From positions 189,658,001 through 189,722,000 of the forward strand of contig OX597814.1 of assembly GCA_951406725.2 (NCBI GenBank): a stretch of 64,000 nucleotides of DNA. The letters are read 5' to 3'. A program made the position numbers and the translations under genes. This document shows, piece after piece, positions 58,516 through 64,000 of the stretch. The stretch is from Octopus vulgaris. Taxonomy: Eukaryota. Below the pieces are notes generated by a model that did not search any database, was not told where the DNA came from, and was given only the letters and a program-made list of their open reading frames with translations. Positions within the stretch are counted from its first letter, which is position 1, and every line of letters begins with the position of its first letter.

Positions 58516-59487
58516 ATGGAATTAAGCAAACACCATCTCCCATTCCTTGATCTCCTAATTATAAAAACACCTAAGAACCAAATCATAACAGACATCTACC
58601 ACAAACCTACAGACTCACAACAATACCTCCTCTTTAGTTCATGCCACCCAAAACACACCAAGACAAATATCCCTTTCAATTTAGCTAAAAGGGTATGCAC
58701 CATTGTCTCGGATCCAAAAACACGAGAAATACGCCTTCAAGACCTCAAAAAAACACTATTACAACGTCAATATCCCTCCACCCTTATAGAGTATGGAATA
58801 AAACGCGCCAAAGAACTAGACAACACTACACTGAAAACCACCCAACCTAACACCACACACAACCTCAAAATACTTCCATACATTTCCACCCACAACCCCA
58901 AAAATATCGAAGCATACACCACAATCATACAAAACCTCAGTCTACTGTCAACAGACCCAAAAATGAAAAACATTATAAATACACACAAAATCCTCAAATG
59001 CAAAAGGCAACACAAATCTTTAAAAAAACTCTTGACAAATGCCAAACTTCACACACCACATCCACCCCCAACAGTAAAAAAATGTACACGCTCAAACTGT
59101 GGTACCTGCCCCTTTCTACTTGAAGGCTCTGAATTTACCTTCAAACAAGGTACGAAGTTTAAAATCAAGACTAACTTCTCCTGTTCCTCCGAGAACCTTA
59201 TCTACGTTCTCACATGCGCTGGTTGCCAACATACTTATGTTGGACAAACGAGTCTCCCGTTACGTAAACGAGTAACGGTGCATAAAGAACAAATAAATCT
59301 CCCGGAATACCGACAAATTCCACTGAGTGACCACTTAGACTCATGTGCTAAAGACTTAAACCCCAAATTCTATATATTCCCCTTCTACCAATGTAAAGAC
59401 GGGATCACCACACAGGAGAGAATTAACAAGGAGAATCTCTTTATTGAAAAATTCCAAACACAACTTAATATGCAAACTCCTCGTTGA
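58516..59487 (+). CDS. PLE polyprotein C-terminal part (RT thumb, Cys-rich linker, GIY-YIG endonuclease)
   Basis: 323-aa ORF with GIY-YIG-type IYVLTC..C..TYVGQT, RKRVTVH and the RINKENLFI Glu motif. In-frame stop at 58507 just upstream, so it is a fragment. Confidence 0.88.
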   Translation: MELSKHHLPFLDLLIIKTPKNQIITDIYHKPTDSQQYLLFSSCHPKHTKTNIPFNLAKRVCTIVSDPKTREIRLQDLKKTLLQRQYPSTLIEYGIKRAKELDNTTLKTTQPNTTHNLKILPYISTHNPKNIEAYTTIIQNLSLLSTDPKMKNIINTHKILKCKRQHKSLKKLLTNAKLHTPHPPPTVKKCTRSNCGTCPFLLEGSEFTFKQGTKFKIKTNFSCSSENLIYVLTCAGCQHTYVGQTSLPLRKRVTVHKEQINLPEYRQIPLSDHLDSCAKDLNPKFYIFPFYQCKDGITTQERINKENLFIEKFQTQLNMQTPR

Positions 59488-60115
59488 TCAAACTTCCTTT
59501 CTCTACCTCACTCTTCATGGATGGACTAACACAAATATATAAAGATACCATGCATTCATCACTTCAAGCTAAAACTTATATTCTTTAAATATCATTTTTA
59601 CTATTGTTGTTATTACTATCATTTTTATTATAAATGATATGACAATTTGAAATGCAATTGTCTATGCAGATTTATATAATTAGAAAATAATATAAATAAA
59701 GTGTTAAAATCTGAAAGTTAAGTTAACAAGCAATTATATAAAAAAGATAACGCAAATGAAGCTAAAATGATAATTTTATAATTTGGGTTTTATCGAAGAA
59801 CTCAAAAGAGTTGTCTCCCCTTACTCACAACACAGGAACTGAAGAACCAGAACCACAATTACTACTACTTCCTGTCCTGCAAACATGCTGAATCAAACAA
59901 CACAACACATGCTCTTAATCCCTTTGGATCTTAACACCTCAAGGTAATTTTTTCGTGAACAACCATAAAACTCAAGATACACAACGAACTCACAATGTAT
60001 CGGAGAACTTATTTTTTAATTTTTGTACATTTTTATCATTATTCTTTTACAAAAAACAATGCAATTTTCTTTTTTTCCCCTTTCTAATTTTTAAAAAAAC
60101 TTTTTAAAACATAAA

Positions 60116-60156
60116 TATTCTTGACAAGTCATACAATGACGAAAACCGGTTGAATA
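60116..60156 (+). ncRNA. Minimal hammerhead ribozyme with U3-A8 core in the PLE 3' pLTR
   Basis: tattc-TTGACAA-gtcat aca atgac-GAAAA-ccg-GTT-gaata (one extra A). Confidence 0.7.
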
Positions 60157-60293
60157 AATATATATTTATATATTTTATCAATTTCTCATTTTATTAAAAT
60201 TTTCTTTCATTTGAGCATTCTGCATTTAAAAAAAATTTTTTCCTTACTTATCATTTCTCCACGTGCGGTCAACACAACCCCACCATTTATTGA

Positions 60294-60364
<71 letters not shown>

Positions 60365-60444
60365 ATATATATATGCATGAATGTATGCGTGCACACATAT
60401 GCACACATACACACACAAGCGCACGCTCGCGCAAACACATGCAT

Positions 60445-61316
60445 AATGTTGTGATGGGTAAATGATCACCGTTTTATATTTTTAATTTCGCGCATGCATA
60501 TTGTTTGTTTTTGATTTTGCCGACTGCACAATATAGTAGGTTTAGTTGGGCACCGTGACGCAATTCATTCTGTCAGAAATTTGGAAACGACATGTTATAC
60601 GGCTTGCCATTCGCGTCGGAAGCTCCTATACGTACAGATGGTGCGCACACAGATCAACTGTTGGCTTTCAGTCTCCCCAAAGCATGTATCGAGAGTGATA
60701 AATATCAAACATCCAGTCAACATCATGGTGTTTGGAGTGATACCTAGTGATGGCAACGTTATGTCCCCATTCATCTTCCCACAGGGCATTAGACTGAAGA
60801 CGGTGGCCTACATCAAGTACCTGGAGGAGGAGGTAGTGCTGCCTTGGGTCAAGAGGGCAGCTGCTGAAAGACCCTATGTCTGGCAACAGGACACTGCACC
60901 ATTCAACACAAGCAGGAGTAACTAGTCATGGCTGTCATACGATTTCAGCGACCACATCACCCCTAACATCTGGCCACCTTAAATCCCCAGGCTGCAACTC
61001 CCTTAATTATTATGTGTGAGGTGCAGTTGAGCGAGAGACCAACAGAACTCTTTGTAACAGCAAATATGAACTGAAGGCAAGAATTATGGCAGCATTCACC
61101 AACTTAAACAAAGAGACCGTCCAGAAGAGTAGCAGGAGATTCCGAAGTCGTCTGAAGGCCGTAGCTGAAGCCAATAGCGATATTATTGAATAAATTTACA
61201 CTTTAGTATTTCACGATATTTTAATCTCATTTTGGTAAATATATCTGTTTAAATGAGAAGTGAATGTTATTTTCATTTTTGCGTAATGTAGACGACAGGT
61301 TATTCACCGCACCTTG
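60445..61316 (+). mobile_element. Tc1/mariner-superfamily DNA transposon remnant
   Basis: KHPVNIMVFGVIPSDG..PYVWQQDTAP..NIWPP; same right end as the 50506-51361 copy. Confidence 0.85.
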
Positions 61317-61326
61317 TACACACACG

Positions 61327-61424
<98 letters not shown>

Positions 61425-61579
61425 GATATACATATATATATACAGATATATATACATTTATATATATATATATATTTTATATATATATATATATATATTT
61501 AAAGGAAATAGAAAAACAGTCTACAGACGGAAAACTTGGAAATGAACACATAAACTCTGAAATTAAGAATTTAGCTGAA

Positions 61580-62683
61580 ATGATACCAACAATTATAAAA
61601 TCTACAAGAGAAAGCCTACCACAACCTCCTTGGATGTCAGAAATAAACGAAAGAAATCTGGAAAAAGAGGCACACCGAAAAAGAGAAGAGATACAGAAGA
61701 CATGGAAAAAACTCCTTAACATAAGAAAACAAAACTTCTGGAAGGCATATAAATGCGAAAAATATGCTGAAATACATTCGAAATGGATATCTTTAGCGGC
61801 ACCCATACTTCCTCGGAAGTACCTAATTAAAGAAATTGCAGGAGAACCAGAGGAAGAAACTAAACTTCGATGGGACCTTAGTTTGATAAAATTCAGGACC
61901 GACATCTCCATTACCCTGTCTAAACAATCCCGCTACAAAGCCAAATACGAAGCTATCGATGATCAAATCAGAGATGAAATATCCAAACTAACGACCGGCA
62001 ATATAGCAGAAAAAATGCGAGAACTATGGATCAGAGATATCTCAAAAGAAGAAAGCAGATCAAGAAAGTTTTGGCAGCGGAAACAATTATTTCTCGACAA
62101 ATATGCTACAAATTACGGTAAAGACACCAGAACTCCGAGAAATAGCATTAAAAGTGGACAACCTCACCAACGCAACATACACCAGAACACGTGGCAACAT
62201 GAACACCCGTTTCACCACGAATCGAAGACGAACTACGGTAAGAACTCTTCCCATTTTGTATGCAAACACCCTAATGCACACAACATGAACAAAAAGCACA
62301 AACAAAATAGATATTGTTTTGTACAGACCATTAGCAGTAGAAATAACAGGAGATCATTTTCAAGACCTCAACAGAGATTACCCACAAGAAACTGGACAAA
62401 AAACCGATCTAGATCTAGAAGTAAACCCAGATCATTTCTCCAGGTGGTTAAAAACAATGCTAACAAGAAATTGAAAAGTAGCATACATAATACCAAAAAC
62501 AAGACAGAAAACATAACGAAACCAAGTAAAGTACCACAACCAAAACGCAAAATTCATCAAGCAAACATCAACAGGAATATAAATCATAACCAGAAAAAAA
62601 TCCATTTTTTTACGTCAGGACAACAAACACCGGAGAAAGAAAAAATCCAAGAGGAAACATACCCCAAACAACTGAACGTATAG
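61580..62683 (+). CDS. PLE ORF1-like protein (helical/charged N-half, basic Arg/Ser-rich C-half); true start probably lost by 5' truncation
   Basis: 367-aa ORF in the track. The frame is open a further 27 codons upstream to the microsatellite. Charged helical segment (INERNLEKEAHRKREEIQKTWKKLL) and basic tail (NRSRSRSKPRS). Directly overlaps the RT frame. Confidence 0.75.
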   Translation: MIPTIIKSTRESLPQPPWMSEINERNLEKEAHRKREEIQKTWKKLLNIRKQNFWKAYKCEKYAEIHSKWISLAAPILPRKYLIKEIAGEPEEETKLRWDLSLIKFRTDISITLSKQSRYKAKYEAIDDQIRDEISKLTTGNIAEKMRELWIRDISKEESRSRKFWQRKQLFLDKYATNYGKDTRTPRNSIKSGQPHQRNIHQNTWQHEHPFHHESKTNYGKNSSHFVCKHPNAHNMNKKHKQNRYCFVQTISSRNNRRSFSRPQQRLPTRNWTKNRSRSRSKPRSFLQVVKNNANKKLKSSIHNTKNKTENITKPSKVPQPKRKIHQANINRNINHNQKKIHFFTSGQQTPEKEKIQEETYPKQLNV

Positions 62684-64000
62684 ATCCTAAAATAATTAAT
62701 TTATCAAAAAGAGATCTTGACAATGATGAAATCCAACTTCTGTCAAAAGGACTGAAATTCACACCTACACCAACAGCCAACCACCAAGAATTAAAGGAGG
62801 ATATCCAAAAATTCTGTCGAAAATTACGACTTGTAGAATTCTTCGCTAACAAAAGTAATGAGATTGATGAATCCCTAGTAAGGAATAAATCAAATTTCAC
62901 CCCACCAAAAGGAAGAAATAACTACCTTGACCAATACATTGATATCCTGTCTAAATTTCCCCTTAGACGCAATACCAATGTTAGGCCAAACATTAGCAAA
63001 TCAGAGATGTCTGCATGTAAACGTATACAAAACGATCAAACAATAATAATTAAACAAGCAGATAAAGGTGGTGCAATTGTTATTATGGATACCGAATACT
63101 ATAAGGATTTGGTTGAAGACCAACTGAAGGATACAACCTTCTATTGTGAAATACCCGCAAATATAGACCACCACATCATGAAAAAGATCAACAACCTGAT
63201 TTCAACACACCACAACTCACTTACGGATAATGAAAAAGACTACATCACCAATTTTGAACCAAAACCCAGCAACTTCTACGGCTTACCAAAAATACACAAA
63301 TCAAAAAACATTCAACAGGCAGTAAAAGAACAAGAAAGTGAGTACATAAAATTATTACATCCAAAAGACCTAAAACTTAGACCTATTATAGCTGGTCCAG
63401 CATGCCCTACACACCGTCTAAGCAATTTTATTGACATTGTTTTGAAACCACTATGTACTTACATACCAAGTTTCATCAGGGATGACATCGACTTCCTGTC
63501 CCATCTTCCCAAAACAACAGAAACAAATTCAGTTTTGCTAAGTTTTGATGTGGTAAGCCTCTACACCAATATTCCACACGATTTAGGAATAAAGGCGATT
63601 AAATACTGGTTAGAAAAACATAGAGAAGTGATTCCCAGCAGATTCACAGTGCCATTTATATTAGACACAGTCAAACTTATTCTAGAAAATAACACATTCT
63701 TCTTCAATGGAAAGAATTACATCCAAATTAGAGGCACGGCGATGGGAACGAGGTTTGCTCCTGTTTACGCCAACTCTGTAATGGGATACTTAGAAGAACA
63801 ACTCTACCAAGAGGTGGAGGTAAACTATGGCACTGGATTTAGAAAGTATATTGAAAAGGCATGGAAGAGATACCTAGACGACTGTTTCATAATCTGGACA
63901 GAATCTCTAAATACTCTGGAAGAGTTCAATATCCTCCTGAACAATCTACACCCATCTCTCAAATTTACAAAGGAGATGAGTAGTACCAAATTACCATTCC
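62590..64000 (+). CDS. PLE reverse transcriptase (partial, 3' end outside window; missed by ORF track)
   Basis: Manual translation is stop-free from 62590 (after TAA 62587-62589) to 64000. Catalytic YLDD at 63871-63882. First ATG only at 63007, downstream of conserved N-terminal motifs. Confidence 0.93.

Larger units (their letters stand above)
58480..60206 (+). mobile_element. 5'-truncated Neptune-type PLE: RT thumb + GIY-YIG endonuclease + 3' pLTR with HHR
   Basis: LLNNIHPNI*FTME..LPFLDL, TDIYHKPTDSQQYL..SCHPKH, linker CTRSNCGTC, endonuclease NLIYVLTCAGCQHTYVGQT. HHR motif at 60116-60156 in the 3' UTR. Confidence 0.9.
61499..64000 (+). mobile_element. Penelope-like retroelement (probably Neptune-related), two overlapping ORFs, 5'-truncated at a (TA)n tract, runs off the window end
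   Basis: ORF1 frame is open from the (TA)n junction at about 61499 to TAG 62683. RT frame is open from 62590 to the window end with PLE motifs INLSKRDL..LLSKGLKFTPTP, KQADKGGAIVIMD, FYGLPKIHKS, LRPIIAGP, SFDVVSLYTNIP, GTAMGTRFAP, RYLDDCF. Confidence 0.92.

Noticed and set aside
58480-64000. One PLE split or circularly permuted (EN before RT, Naiad-like)
   Set aside because: The upstream piece contains RT thumb before the EN, has its own 3' UTR, and differs in sequence from the downstream RT; a Tc1-like element and microsatellites separate them.

Overview
This is eukaryotic, AT-rich, repeat-saturated DNA. The tRNA-derived SINE families and microsatellite load look like an octopus (coleoid cephalopod) genome; that assignment is my inference from recalled repeat families. 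I recognise no host protein-coding gene, and almost all short ORFs in the track are translations of microsatellites or SINEs. The real coding content is transposon-derived. (1) A near-intact Penelope-like element (PLE) runs from about 61499 past the window end. It has a long ORF1 overlapping, in the -1 frame, a stop-free RT frame that has no ATG before its conserved N-terminal motifs, with a T_TTT_TTT slippery heptamer in the overlap. (2) A 5'-truncated Neptune-type PLE (RT thumb plus GIY-YIG) lies at 58480-60206. (3) There are decayed Nematis-like PLE, RTE, Tx1/L1, R4/Dong-like RLE, mariner and Tc1 fragments, several MITEs and non-autonomous Helitrons. The strongest hidden signal is a dense population (about 20 motifs, intact to decayed) of minimal hammerhead-ribozyme (HHR) sequences. 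They sit in PLE pseudo-LTR-like modules, often as divergent foldback palindromes inside microsatellites. Their catalytic cores co-vary at the 3-8 base pair (C-G, U-A, G-C, U-G). All structures and alignments were read by eye; nothing was computed or searched.
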